Part shown: positions 11,907 to 24,700 of the stretch, one piece after another
Layout: the number at the start of each line of letters is the position of its first letter
Position numbering within the stretch: position 1 is the stretch's first letter
Source: Callorhinchus milii
Lineage: Eukaryota
DNA: 64,000 bases
Direction of reading: 5' to 3'
NCBI RefSeq assembly: GCF_018977255.1
Contig: NW_024704769.1
Coordinates: forward strand, 4,030,001-4,094,000
The notes under the pieces: model-generated
Told to the model about the DNA's origin: nothing
Database searches by the model: none
What the model saw: only the letters and a program-made list of their open reading frames with translations
Position numbers and translations under genes: made by a program

Positions 11907-12148
11907 GGCAGTACCGCGGTCTGTCCGCCGGGCGGCGCTGCGCGCAACCGCCCTGCGGTACCGCGGCGCCTCCACCGGGCGGCGCTGCAAAACCCACCCC
12001 CTGGCGGATCAGGGTGCGATGCCGCGGCGCCTCCACCGGGCGGCGCTGCGAACTCACCACCGCGCCACACGGCGCTGTGTTCAACCGCAGACACACGCGG
12101 CGCTGCACCCGGTGCCGCAGTACCGCAGTCCGCCCACAGGCGGCGCTA
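11907..12148 (+). promoter_or_regulatory. Tandem array of CTCF-like motifs (core plus upstream module)
   Basis: Cores CCGCCGGGCGGCGCTG at 11925, CCACCGGGCGGCGCTG at 11972 and 12033, CCCACAGGCGGCGCTA at 12133. Each is preceded 8-9 nt upstream by GCAGTACC, GCGGTACC or GCGATGCC. Confidence 0.5.
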
Positions 12149-12677
12149 CCGTCACGTATAATCGATGAATGTCAATTCAATACATTGAATAAATCAGAGG
12201 ATAATTAATGGTGTAAAAGGGCAAAGAAAAGTGCAATTGGAGACCTTTANNNNNNNNNNNNNNNNNNNNNNNNNNNNNNNNNNNNNNNNNNNNNNNNNNN
12301 NNNNNNNNNNNNNNNNNNNNNNNNNNNNNNNNNNNNNNNNNNNNNNNNNNNNNNNNNNNNNNNNNNNNNNNNNNNNNNNNNNNNNNNNNNNNNNNNNNNN
12401 NNNNNNNNNNNNNNNNNNNNNNNNNNNNNNNNNNNNNNNNNNNNNNNNNNNNNNNNNNNNNNNNNNNNNNNNNNNNNNNNNNNNNNNNNNNNNNNNNNNN
12501 NNNNNNNNNNNNNNNNNNNNNNNNNNNNNNNNNNNNNNNNNNNNNNNNNNNNNNNNNNTGTTGCCATTGCGGGTACAGCAGCAGCAGTTTTGCTGGAAAT
12601 ACAGTAACTACAATACCTTCAGCAAACAACAGAGGGAACCTGGAGCAGCGCCGCTTCCTGACTCGCTGCAGATTTCC

Positions 12678-13012
12678 TGTGTGTGTGTTCCTGTAGTGTG
12701 TGTCTACAGGCGCACATATATGTATGGGGTATATATGTGTGTAGTGTATCTGTGTACATACTGTGTGTGTATGGTGTGTGTATGGGGTGTAAATGTGTGT
12801 GCAGTGTGTGTGTGTTTAGTGTACATGTGTGTGGTGTATGTATTGTGTGTATTAGGATGTACATGTGTGTGTGTGTATATTAGGATGTACATGTGTGTGT
12901 ATTAGGATGTACATGTATGTGGTGTATGTACTGTGTGTGTGTATTAGGATGTACCTGTGTGTGGTGTATGTACATGTGTGTGGTGTACGTGTGTACACAC
13001 TGTGCACATGTG
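12678..13012. repeat. Degenerate (GT)-rich simple repeat with recurring TATTAGGATGTACATG units
   Basis: Seen directly; explains the Cys/Val-rich and His/Thr-rich ORFs here. Confidence 0.9.
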
Positions 13013-13019
13013 GTTCAGG

Positions 13020-13119
13020 TGTCAGACGGGTTCTGTGCCCAAGTCGTAACTTGAAGGGACGGCACATGTCACGCAGACGCGTGAGTGACCCACTCATCAC
13101 GTGACTGAACCAGAAGGAT
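13020..13119 (-). ncRNA. SNORD13: U13 box C/D snoRNA (guide for 18S rRNA helix 45 cytidine acetylation)
   Basis: Minus strand reads ATCCTTCTGGTTCAGTCACG-TGATGA(box C)-GTGGG...ATGTGCC...GTTACGACTTGGGCACAGAACCCGT-CTGA(box D)-CA. It closely resembles recalled vertebrate U13. ATCCTTC and GTTACGAC are complementary to 18S GAAGGAU and GUCGUAAC. The locus sits next to RNF122/MAK16, as in human. Confidence 0.92.
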
Positions 13120-13164
13120 CGCTGCGCAGCCGCACTCACCACCGCTAAACCTGGACACGGCCCC

Positions 13165-13392
13165 CCTTTAGGTCCCGGTGACTGCCACCTGGGTACCCGG
13201 TTTACCGATGTGACCGGATCGGACCCTCCCTCCCAGTGGCCCTGAGGCTTAAATCGTTTCTTCTGATTCTCGTTTGGTCGTTTTTTGGCCTTTGGCGGCT
13301 CCGTCCCGGTCAGTGTATGCAAATGTTGGTGGGTGACGTCACCGCGCGGCGCATGCGCACTCAATCGCTTGTCGCCGAGAGCGCATGCGCGT
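13165..13392 (-). promoter_or_regulatory. snRNA-type promoter of U13: PSE (13165-13181), possible SPH/ZNF143 site (~13230-13246), octamer (13317-13324), CRE and two NRF1 motifs
   Basis: Minus-strand TCACCGGGACCTAAAGG starts 62 nt upstream of the U13 5' end. ATGCAAAT lies ~200 nt upstream. TGACGTCA at 13334-13341 and two GCGCATGCGC motifs follow. Confidence 0.75.
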
Positions 13393-13520
13393 GTCCCCCC
13401 CTCTCACACACACTCAGGTGGTGGCAATGGCCATGTGCACCACTGGGACTGTCTCAGTCTGATTTGGAGACTCTTAAACTAATGTCATGGACTCCCCCGT
13501 GTGTCAGACTGACCCGACCG

Positions 13521-13841
13521 ATTATAATAATAATAATCCTCGCATTTGATATAGCGCTTTTCACGTCGGGAGGACGTCCCAAAGCGCTTCACAGAACACA
13601 CTGTAAAGTGAAGTGACTGTATATTTGTGGGCGAACGCGGCAGCCAATTGCGCACAGCAATGTCCCACAAACAGTCGTGGATTGAAAATGACCAATTTAT
13701 TATTGTTTTGGTTTTGGAGGATTATTATTAGGCTCTGTGTGAGTAAGGAAACTTGCCCGAGGTTTCGCCCTCTGCCTGGGATTGAACTCAGGTCTCTCAC
13801 TTGCAACAGCGAGTGCTCTAACCACTGAGCTACAGGACTCC
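13521..13841 (-). mobile_element. Young SINE subfamily copy (near-identical copies at 10497-10805 and 56677-56999)
   Basis: The three copies share an internal deletion (ATTATTAGGCTCTGTG junction) and a CACGTCGG(G)AGGACRTCCC tail, and differ by only a few bases. Confidence 0.9.
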
Positions 13842-14324
13842 ACAAATAAACAAATAAAAAAAATCTGGATCCCAAAGCCATCCCGCAGACCCTCCGCCCG
13901 TCTCCCTCCCTCCTCTTCAACCGCGCCTTCGGTCACCCTCCTACCCCCCACCCTCGGTGCCCTCCATCCCTCCAGGATCTTGTAGCAGGTTACGAGGACA
14001 GTGATAAAGCATACTGGAGGCATTTATTAAAAATGTATTTTACAACCAAAGAAATCCCCTCTACAAAGAAACCGGCAGCTGTGGGGATTCCTTCCAAATA
14101 TACAAAGAACAGTCTAGTAACCGTGAACAAAATACTATAAATATCTTGTATAATAATGGTATAACCGTGCAGTCTACCAGTAGCAAGGCACTGGTACATT
14201 TCTCTACATTGTCCAGCTAGGCACATTTAACCATTGCAGGATTTGTGACGTCTCTGCATCTCCCAATAATGAACCAGCAGGCTGGCCGTCAACACCAAAT
14301 TATATTTGTATAACGCCTTTCACA

Positions 14325-14740
14325 TGGGGAACACAGGAACTGGAGGAGGCCATTCAGACCCTTGAGCCTGTTCCACCATTCTATTAGATCATGGCTGATC
14401 TGTACCTCAACTCCAATTGCCTGTCTTTGCCCCATATCTCTCGATAACCTGACCTAGCAAACATCTCTCCATCTCAGTTTTGAAAATGTGAATGGATCCA
14501 GCCATAATCCCCAGCCTTTTTTGGGGGGGAGAGTTCTAGATTTCCACTAGAGTTTGCGTGAAAAAATACTTTCTGATTTCGATCCTAAATGGCCTAGCTC
14601 TAATTTTAAGATGATACCCCCTTGTTCTGGATTCCCCCCACCCACCAAAGGAAATAGTTTCTCTGCAGCTACCCTATTGAATGAATCACATTATCATTTC
14701 AAATACCTCAATTAGATCACCCCACAATTCAAGGGAAGAC
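14325..14740 (-). mobile_element. CR1-type LINE 3' fragment inside the probable RNF122 3' UTR
   Basis: The motif GGAGGCCATTCAG..CCTTGAGCCTGTTCCACCATTCTATTAGATCATGGCTGATCTGTACCTCAACTCC also occurs at ~8260-8355, 25010-25110 and 43700-43785. An RNF122-strand AATAAA lies at 14023-14028. Confidence 0.6.
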
Positions 14741-16026
14741 GTCCTACAACCTTCAATCAACATCACTGATACTGTGGACCCACTTGGCTCCACCAGGATT
14801 GATATTGTCAAACATTTTAGTACTAATGAAACAGTGATTGAGGCACTGGGATCCCAAACCAGTACCTTCTTCTTCCAAGTCCAGCCTTCCACACCCTGAA
14901 TGACCCAGCACAGCATGCAATATTTTATACAGGTCCAAGTCTGTGCAGGACTCCCAGGTCAGAGTCACCATTGATTTTCTAGACTGTAAATACAATATTC
15001 TGTTGCAACCTCCCCTAACCTCACGTGTACTGTTTCCATTCCCCACAAGAACCAAAAGCAGAACTTTGTTCCGTCTGCTCTGAGTGAGACAATTTAATTC
15101 CTCAGGGGATATTTTGCTCTTGTATTACAATAGGGAGATATAACTATATTTAGATCACTTTTCAAATTGTGCCAGCACACTATTAGGCAAGAATTCCTCC
15201 CTAAAATGTATTAAAAATCGTTAGGAGAGTGCGGAGTGGGAGTTTGTTAACATATTGGTGCTCACAAAGCATTTGGCTCTGGTGCTCCTGTGGGTAATGT
15301 ATAAGTGCTGTAATTGGATATCAGAGGAACATGATCCATAACAGCATTCCATGCACTGCAGCCTCTCTCCTCGAAGTAGTTACTTAAAGCAGCTTCACCA
15401 TTCACTGGCCTCTCTGAGATTTTGGTTAGCGTTTGACTGCATCAGCAGAGATCTATGTATGTGGTCTTTTCAGTCACTGAGTGTTCAGGAAGGATCATAC
15501 AGTTTGTGTACAGGACTGTGTAGTTGTGTGTACATGTCAGTGGGTAAAAGGTGTAATACTCACATGTCCAGTTGGGTTTGGATACTGATGGGTTTCCGCA
15601 TGTGTCAGACAACCGTCGGACCAAAAGAAGTGTGTGGGTATGTATGTGTACATGCAATGTGACGTGTGTATACCGTGTGTTTTGTGTCTGTGTGTTCAGG
15701 GCTCACATTATGTGCGGACAGTGGCCACGTCAATGTTCTGTGACTTTTAAGTGTTGCTCATAATAAAAAGCTTAAGCAGAGACATACCATTGAACCCCAG
15801 CCACCCCAGTCACTGACTCTCGTTGGGAGGATGTGAAGGAAAGAGGTACATTGCTGGGTGTGCGTGCGTTGCTGCAGTGACAGACACACAGTCGATGCGG
15901 TGCCACAAAATGCTCACGGCTTCAGTCAGTCAGTCAGTCAGCTGACAAATCGCAAAGGTAAAAAAATAGAAAATCTTGGCTTCCCCCAAACCTCTTTTGT
16001 TTTCGCCTGTGTTTGTTTGTCTTGTG

Positions 16027-18683
16027 TCAAACCAATTCATCCAGGAGAGTGCCTATAGCCTGCTGCTGTTCAGCTCCTCCAGCGATCGGCTTATTGCACA
16101 TGGGACACACACAGCGGATCTCCAGCCACTTCACCAGACACCTGTAGGCACAATGTGAACAGTAAGGCAGTGTTGTGTAGCATTGGGAAGAACCAGACAA
16201 CTTTTGATCTAGAGGTTCCCCAAGCTTCCACACACTGTTGTAGACTAATCCGTACAGAATTAATTGCTATCAACATCTCCATTATTGTAGCATGTGACAC
16301 TGTACAGAGCAACATCCTGAGTGCAGGCAATGTGTCCCTGTACAGTGAGATGCTGAGCACAGGCAACGTGACCCTGTACAGTGAGATGCTGAGCACAGCA
16401 ACGTGACCCTGTACAGTGAGATGCTGAGCACAGGCAACGTGACCCTGTACAGTGAGATGCTGAGCACAGGCAATGTGTCCCTGTACAGTGAGATGCTGAG
16501 CACAGGCAATGTGCCCTGTACAGAGACAACAACAACAAATGACATTTACACGGTGCTTTTCATGTCAAGAGGATGTCCCGAGGCGCTGGACGGTCAGGAA
16601 TTTGGACCCGAGCTGGAGGTTGGGATCAGGAGGGTGGAGGGCAGTGAGGGTGGGGGTAGGAGGGTGGCGAAGGTGCGGGTCGAAGAGAGGGTCTTGAGAG
16701 GGAGGCGAGGGAGGGGACCAGGGGGAGGGACTGTGGGTGGAGTTTCAAAGGGTGGGGGCAGAGAGACTTGAGGCCAACCGACGATGTGGGGACGGGAGGA
16801 GGGGGGGACATTGAGCGGCCAGCGCCCATTAAGTGGACAAATGTACACACCCACAGACACGAGGCTTGTTAGTCAGCCATAGGCTGAACACAGAGCAATG
16901 TATAAAGGCCACTACGACAGCGGTGCTGAGCGAATGAAGGTTACTCACTTCCTGTGGAAGGCGTGTTTGCACGGTAACACCCCCAGCTCCTCCTTAGTCT
17001 TGAAATCTTCTAAGCAAACGGCACAAGTCTGCTGCAGGGAGACACAAAAAGCAAATCCGATCTCGAACACAGCCGCACATCAAATAATAATAATCCTTGC
17101 ATTTGATACAGTGCTTTATCACGTCTTCGAGACGTCTCAAAGCACTTCACAGAATATATGTAAAGTGTAGTGACTGTGTACTTTTCTGTGGGCGAAACCA
17201 AGGCTCAAGGTGTGAAAGGACTATCAAAGAGTGGTCACTTGTTGGGGTGCACAGGTGGTTGCTGAAGAGAGAAAAGCGATCCAGCAATCAACTAACAACT
17301 GGGTTCCTACTTACTGCAAACAGAGGCGTGTATGCCGAGTAAGGAAATTTCCCTAAGGTTGCGCTCTGCCCGGTGGTTTATTATGCAAAGTCTGTCTGGG
17401 CTGTTCCAGGATGAGATTGCTACACTGATGGGAGGTGGTTAGTTGTCTAAAGGGGTTTGACTGTAGACCATGTCAGTAGCACTAAATTGTAGTGTGAATG
17501 TTGGGAATAAGGCTATGTTGCCTTAGCTGGTCTGTGAAGCTCATACAGTAACAGTGAGACTTACCCCATGCAAATTCAGCTTTTTAGCGTCTCCTCTGAT
17601 TATAACCTGCAAGGAAAGGAAGGTTAGTGAGGAGGATAATAATAATAATCCTTCATTTGATATAGCACCTCATCTCCGTCTTCACAGGATATACGTAAAG
17701 TGATTGACTTATTTTGTGGGTGAAACGGGCACCCAATTGCGCCAGCAGTGTCCCACAACAGTCGTGGATTGAGTGACCAATTATTATTACTTTTTGAAGG
17801 GATTATTACCTCCGGAAAAGCGATCCGCAATCAACTAAAACCGGGTTCCTCTTACTGCTGGTAACAGAGGCGTGTGTGTAGAGTAAGGAAACTTGCCTAT
17901 GGTTCGCCGTGCCTGGGAATTGAACCCAGGTCCTCCCGCTTGCGAGGCGAGCGCTAAACTACTGGGCTACAGGATTCCACAGTGACAAAGGTGACAAAAA
18001 GATGCAGTTCTCTTTTACCTCTTTATATCCAAATCTCTCGTTCTGCGCTTGATGTCGCAGTTTACTGCAAAGAGAAGAAACAGATGGTTAGTTACCCAAC
18101 CGTGAGCAACTGAAATGGAACTTGCAACAACCTCCCTAAACCAGATGGCCCACAAGAGCTGACAACACTGGGAACTGACCACAGAGAGCGGCGATTGTGT
18201 GTCTCTGAGCGTCAGAAACTACACCCACACACACATCTAATAATAATAATAATCCTTGCATTGACATAGCACCTTATTACATTGCAGAGACATTTCAAAG
18301 CGCTTCACAGGACACGCTGTAAAGCGCAGTTACTCTGTATATTGTGGATGAAACGCAGCAGTCAGTTGCACACAGCAGCGTCCCACAAACAGCCGTGAAG
18401 TGAGTGACCAATTTTATCTGGGGCACTGTCAGCCAGGACACTGGGGGGGAGAGAGAGAGAGAGAGAGAGAGAGAAACGTTCTCGTTTCCAATAGCGTCGC
18501 AGGATCTTTAATGTCCACCTGAACAGAGCACAGACGGGGAGTGAGGTTTAACATTTCATCCGAAGGACGGCGGCGTCTCCGACAATGCAACACCCCTCAG
18601 CGCTACATTGGAGCGTCAGCTAAGACTGTGATTCCAAGTCCCGATGTGGGGGGCTCGAACCCACAATCTTCTGACTCAGAGGC

Positions 18684-18725
<42 letters not shown>

Positions 18726-21700
18726 AGCGCTACCACTGCGCCGGGCTGACACACACACAAAGCCTCACAGACACACACAAGCACAAGTGTCATTACATTG
18801 AGCTATTTTCATTTTGGAACAGAATCTCATGTCGCTTTAAGCAAAGTGCCATTGATGAAGCCTCCCTCGCAGCGGCAGAATGAGTGTGAGGCAAATCCTT
18901 CCCTTATAACAGCCCAAAATAAACCTTCACAGTGTGACAGCAGCTTACAGTATCTAGCCATGATTGTTCACTGGAGGAAATTGTACTTAATCTACAGGAT
19001 ATGTTCAAATTTCCAGCACTCCAGAAGTCTGTACAGCATGTTCCCACCGCCAACACAGGATGTCCAATAATCCCACAGGAAAGGAATCAAAATCGTACCT
19101 TTAACTCTGTGAGGGCGGGAAACTACAGAGTATCTGTGGCTTACCAACTGAGCCAAGCTGACATTTCACCTCCAGTGGCAACAACAATAGTAATAATCCT
19201 TGCATTTGAATCCATAGCGTCTTATCACGTCGTCGAGACGTCTCAAAGCGATTCACAGAATATACTGTAAAGTGTGGTGACTGTATATTTTGTGGGAGAA
19301 ATGCGACAGCCAATTGCGCACAACAGGGTCCCACAAACTGTCTTGGATTGAGTGACCAAATTATTATTCTGTTTTTTGGAAGGGATTATTACCCTCTATA
19401 ACAGAGGTGCATAACTCTAGGAAGGAAACTCTCCTAAGGTTTTGCCTTGCCTGGGAATCGAACCCGGGTCCTCTCGCTTGCTAACCATTCCTGACGTGAA
19501 AGGCATCTACAAATGTAACTTGCTGTTGTTCTTGCCATCAGTTCTGGTGCTGTGCTGAAGGACGGTGTGTGGTTGTGTCCCTGAGTTACTCTCTGAAGCC
19601 TCCATTGCGCACTGAGACAGTTAACAGGAGCTGTCAGTAGAACTTTTCTTATAGACAATAGCAATTTCCTGCCATCTGATTGCTGAACACATTGCTAGCG
19701 TTAGTGTATAAATAACATTTGGTGTGAGGGAGTCGCTGGATATAGCCCAGTGGGATGGATGGATGTGGTGGTACCTCCTCTCACACAGCTCCCAGGCTGA
19801 CAGGCAAAGGCTGCACAACTGGTCACACTTATCGCTGGCTCCACACAACTGCATAAAACAGCAGTGCCCACAAACAGTTGTGGATTGAGTGACCGACCCT
19901 TTCTTTTAAGGATTATTACCCGAGAAAGATTATTACATCTCCATAAGCGATCTGATCGACTAACAGCCGAGTAGAGTAAGGAGACTTGCCTAACTTTTGT
20001 CCTGTTCAGGGTCCTCTCGCTCGTGAGGCGAGTGCTCTAACCACTACTCTACAGGGCTCCACTAATGGATTGGGGGACGTTACCTGATAAAGTAACAGCA
20101 GAATATCAGGCTGAGCACAAACACGAAGATTCCAGTCCCAAATATCACCATGTAGATGTTTAGTGGAAGGTCCTGGAAGGTGATTGGAGGCATGGTGCAC
20201 GATTTATTGCCGTAAATCAATCCCAGGCCACAGAAGCATCCTGAGAAAAGTGAAAGGAACATAAGTTAGATCTCTGAGGAAACCTGTGAGCTTTCTTTTT
20301 TAATATTATCCACTTACTTTTGTCAGGTGAGGGTATCAAGGCAGGNNNNNNNNNNNNNNNNNNNNNNNNNGACTTGACTTGACTTGACGGCGCCTCTGCT
20401 GACCAGCGAGTGTTTGGTTCACAGGTGGCGATGACTACCTCCACCCCACAGTTCCAGGGGGACAAGATGGCCGAGCGCGCCTCTGCGTCTTCGGGCGCAA
20501 AGCGGCAAGCGGTGCAGAGCGCCGGGGCCGCCATGCTGCTGAGCGTGGCGGGGAACGACGACGAACGCGAGAGAAGAGAGCGGCGACGCTCCAGGCTGAT
20601 CGATCTCCAGCTGAGCAACACCGAGAGCCCTCTGGTGTCGCCGGCGACGAGGTGGGATCCCCACTTGCCTCGTCCGTGGCAATAAAATAAGAATAAAGTC
20701 AAATAATAAAATGGTGCACTCCAAGTTCCGCCCGGCCCCGCCCGCCCCACCATCGGTAGCCGGACCTTCAGCCTCTTTGCCCCCACCTTTGGAACCCCAT
20801 CCTGCAGTCTCTCTGCCTTCGCCCCCTTACTTGACTCCTTCAAGGCCCATCTGAAGATCTTTGACAGCACCTTAGGTCACTCTCCTACCCCTGCCCTCTC
20901 TCTACCCCTCCTGATCCCAACCTCTAGCTCGGAAACAAATCACTGACTGTCCAGCGCCTTGGGACGTCCTCCTGACGGGAAAGGCGCCGTGTAAATGTCT
21001 AAATGTCATTTGTGGTTGTTGTTGTAATGCGATGACTTTGGCATTGTTGGGATTGGGCTGATTAGTTTTCACCAATGTGACGACATCAGTCTGTTATTAG
21101 AAAAATGTGCAATGGGCACATATTGTGTCCTGAATCTTGCGTACAGTCTTGTTGCTGTGTTGTCCAGGAGGCTAACTGATCCTGACCTTGTGTTTGTGTG
21201 CGTGTGTGTTTGTTTCAGGAGCACACCACAATTCTGCAATGCCACTCTGTCAAATAACCAGATATCAGAGCATTACTCAACCTGTATCAAACTGTGCTCC
21301 GAAAATGTAAGTCAAGTGATATTTGTGCTCAGTTTTACAATTGGATGTTTCTCCAAGAAACTGTGTGTTACTGTTCCATTTTAAAAAAAAGATATTGTCT
21401 ATTTGTAGTTCTTGGATCTAGAATATTAAAATGTTATTTGATTTGCTCCGACAGGAAGCTTTGCCTCTTTAATGCTTCCCATTTGAACACAAGAATTTGC
21501 TGGCGAAAAGAAGACCAAGGTCCATCTTGTTTGCCTTCCATTGTCCTGGCAGCCGCTTGACATGTTGTGTCTCAAACTATATACTGTGTATTATTACCTA
21601 ACAGAAACCTATCTCATTTGCTTTTGAAAGCAAATCTAATTTGCATTTGTGTGCTATACTTTGTATTAAATCCTGTGAGGCACTTTTGAGACGTCCTCCC

Positions 21701-24700
21701 GACACGAAAGACGCTATACCGAATACAAGGATTATTAGTATTATTTTTTCTTGTAGAAAATCACCGCAAAGAATGCCTTTGGTCTTCACCTGATAGATTA
21801 CATGGCCGACCTCCTCAAGGAGAGAGACTCTGAACTCATCAACTTCAAGGTTAGAGAGTCACAGTGTGCTGAAACGTGTTCAGTTCCTACTTATCTTCCT
21901 ACTCTGGGCTCCTGTTTAATCCAAGACTCTGACTTCTGTTTTCTGTATAATGTAATGGAATAATTTGTTCCGGCTGATGGGGTATGGCCAGCCTTATTAT
22001 ATCCTATTATATTGTTGACTCATGGTTTGCAGATGGCAGCCGGCACGTTGGATGCCAGTGCTAAGATCTACGCTGTGCGAGTGGACGCCATTCACTCCGA
22101 TGTGTTCAGAGTTCTCGGAGGCCTGGGTAAGAACCCAGAGACTGCAGATAAGGCTGAAGGTGAGCAACTGCAATTGGCTTTTTTTTAAATGGTAGAAAGA
22201 AACAGAAAATTTAAAAAGCAGAAATAGGGTAGCCTTCTCTTTACACTTGCTCATCCCACACTTGCTTCCAGTCTGCCCACAAAACACACAGTGACTACAC
22301 TTTACAGTGGATCCTGTGAAGTGCTTTGAGACGTCTCAATGACGTGATAAGGTGCTATATCAAATGCAAGGTTTATTATTATTAAACTTATTCTGTTTAA
22401 ACTCACTGTAATGTGATTTTTTTCTGTGCGATGTTTAAACCCAATGTGACATCCTGTGTCTGTGCGCAGAGAGCAGCCGGAACAAGCTCGATGCCGACGG
22501 GAACCCAAAAAATCCCCAGAAGCAGTGGAGAAAAAAACACTCATACAAAACCATTGAGCAAAATCTGAACAACATTACGTACAGTGCAGCGGACATAAAA
22601 TGTGAGGTAAGTGTGTGCTTCGTCTCAATTTCCTCCTTTGGTGGATGGCATCTCATTACTGCTGTGTGGCTTCCTGGGTGCTTGGAGCTGGGTAACTCAC
22701 CAGTGAACGTGAGGGGATGGCAAATCAGCCTGGTCCTGTCCATGTTGCCGACTGGGTTAACGGAAAGTGATTCAAAGCTTGACTGATCTCTCTTTAGGCA
22801 TCTGTTCTAACATCAAGTATGATTTTTATTGATGTGGTGGATGGTAGTTGCTTCTAAAAAAGGGCAGTTTAAAAGTTTATCAGCTGATTTTAGGTTTAAG
22901 ATGAGTCGATCTGTAGATCTAGTCCTATTTCTTGTGATTTGTAGAATGATCCCATGTTCCAAAAAGCGGCCTTCTCCTTTGACGAGGGAAGTACGATGGG
23001 GTGTTTCTGATGAACCTGCAGACGTATGGACACTGCTCCGAGTTACTGTTCGATTCCGACGTGAAACTCCTTCAGACCGGCCCTGCTCCACCGCCAGTGC
23101 CTCTAACATATGTGGAGATTTCAGGTCTCGCAGGTAGGTTTAACCCTGACTCTTCTGGTGTGATACAATGTTCACTCGGGCACTTTTGAGACGTCCTCCT
23201 GATGTAAAGGTGCGATATCACCCACAAAGTACACAGTCATTCCACTTTACAGTATATCCAATGAAGCGCATTGAGACATCTGAATGGCGTGAAAGGCGCT
23301 ATAGCAAATGCAAGGATTATTATTATTATTAACACGCAAGACTTTGTTTTTAATCCCGTCTCTCGGTTAGTCGGTGAGAAACAGTTGTACTTCCAGCTTC
23401 TCTTGAAATGTATGTGAGAGGAAGAACAGGGAATGTATCTTCATGCTATGTGTGTGTTTGTGTATGCGCGTATGTGTGTAGTTAATAGTAATTATGCCAG
23501 TTTCTGACCATCCCCTTACAATCTGATCAAGTCCTACTTAATCCAAGTCGGACGCCTGGTTTACGCCTGGATGTGAAATTGCTCTATAAATGCAATGTGT
23601 TGTGTCTGTGTCTGACTGAGTGTCTGTTTAATGTCTGTCAGCCCTTCAGCAGTCTGTGGAAGGCAAGCGCATCTGTCCTTCGTTTGAAGACTTTCAGTTC
23701 ACAAAGTGGGATAGTGAAGCTGAAGATCAGCAGGTAAACAACAACACATTACAGCGGCTGTATTTTGGCCTGACACCTCTGGTTAGTTAACTGTACATTT
23801 AAACTAACTGTGTGTATCTCATTGATGCTCTGCAGTTGGTCTCGTCAATAATGGACAGATTCAAGAAAAGCGAGCACTTGTTTGACATGGACGCGGAGCC
23901 GGAGTTTGGGGACCAGGATGATGCCCCCGAGGACGCGTTTGAGGGGACCTGTGCGACGATGATGGTGGAGGGGGAGACCAGGGGGGCACCACGTTTACAG
24001 AGCACAGGGAAGCCTGCAAGATTGATCGAGTGGGCGTCAGGTAAAGGTCTTCACTAAACTCCCACAGTACGTGCAGGCTGAGAACAGCAATGTGCAGCTG
24101 AAACTATGTACGAGGTGGAATTTAAGAGTTTGCTTGACAAAAGAAGGCCATCCAGTTTGCCTTCCACGATCCTGGCAGTCTCTTGCACATGTCATGTCCC
24201 AAACTATATACTGTATCTTGATATTATTTCTTAACAGAAATCTATTGCATTGAATTTCCCCCCTTCAATCGCAGGCCGTGTCCTCTAGATCAACTGTTCA
24301 GGAGAAGATAAAACATCTTATCATGGTCTACATTATCTGTTCAACTTTAGAATTTTAAAGCCTGCGATAATATCACCTCTCAACCTTCTTTTCTCTAGCA
24401 TGAGTATATCAAGTTGACCTAATCGCTCCTCATAGTCAAGTCCTTCCATCCCCTCTATCGTTTTGGTTGCTCTCCTCTGTATCCTCTCAATCGCTGGACA
24501 CAAAACCTTACCTCTGGCACTGTCGTTGTAACTACAACATGGCATTCCATGTGGCTGCAGTGAGTGACTTATCCTTGCTGCCTTTCAGCAAGATTGAAGT
24601 GTGAGCAAGAGGTGCTGAGCACTGGTACAGGTTTGGATACAGTTCTTGTTTATACCACGTTTCTGAATGCACTTCCCCTCAGTAACATTTTAGATCAGTG

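Noticed and set aside
10817-12905. Long ORFs of 100-283 aa full of X
   Set aside because: They are read-through of N gaps and simple repeats.
13133-13330. Apparent minus-strand non-coding exon ending in GGTGAGT (first suspected to be TTI2 or MAK16 exon 1)
   Set aside because: The interval is better explained as the U13 promoter, with PSE and octamer at canonical distances.
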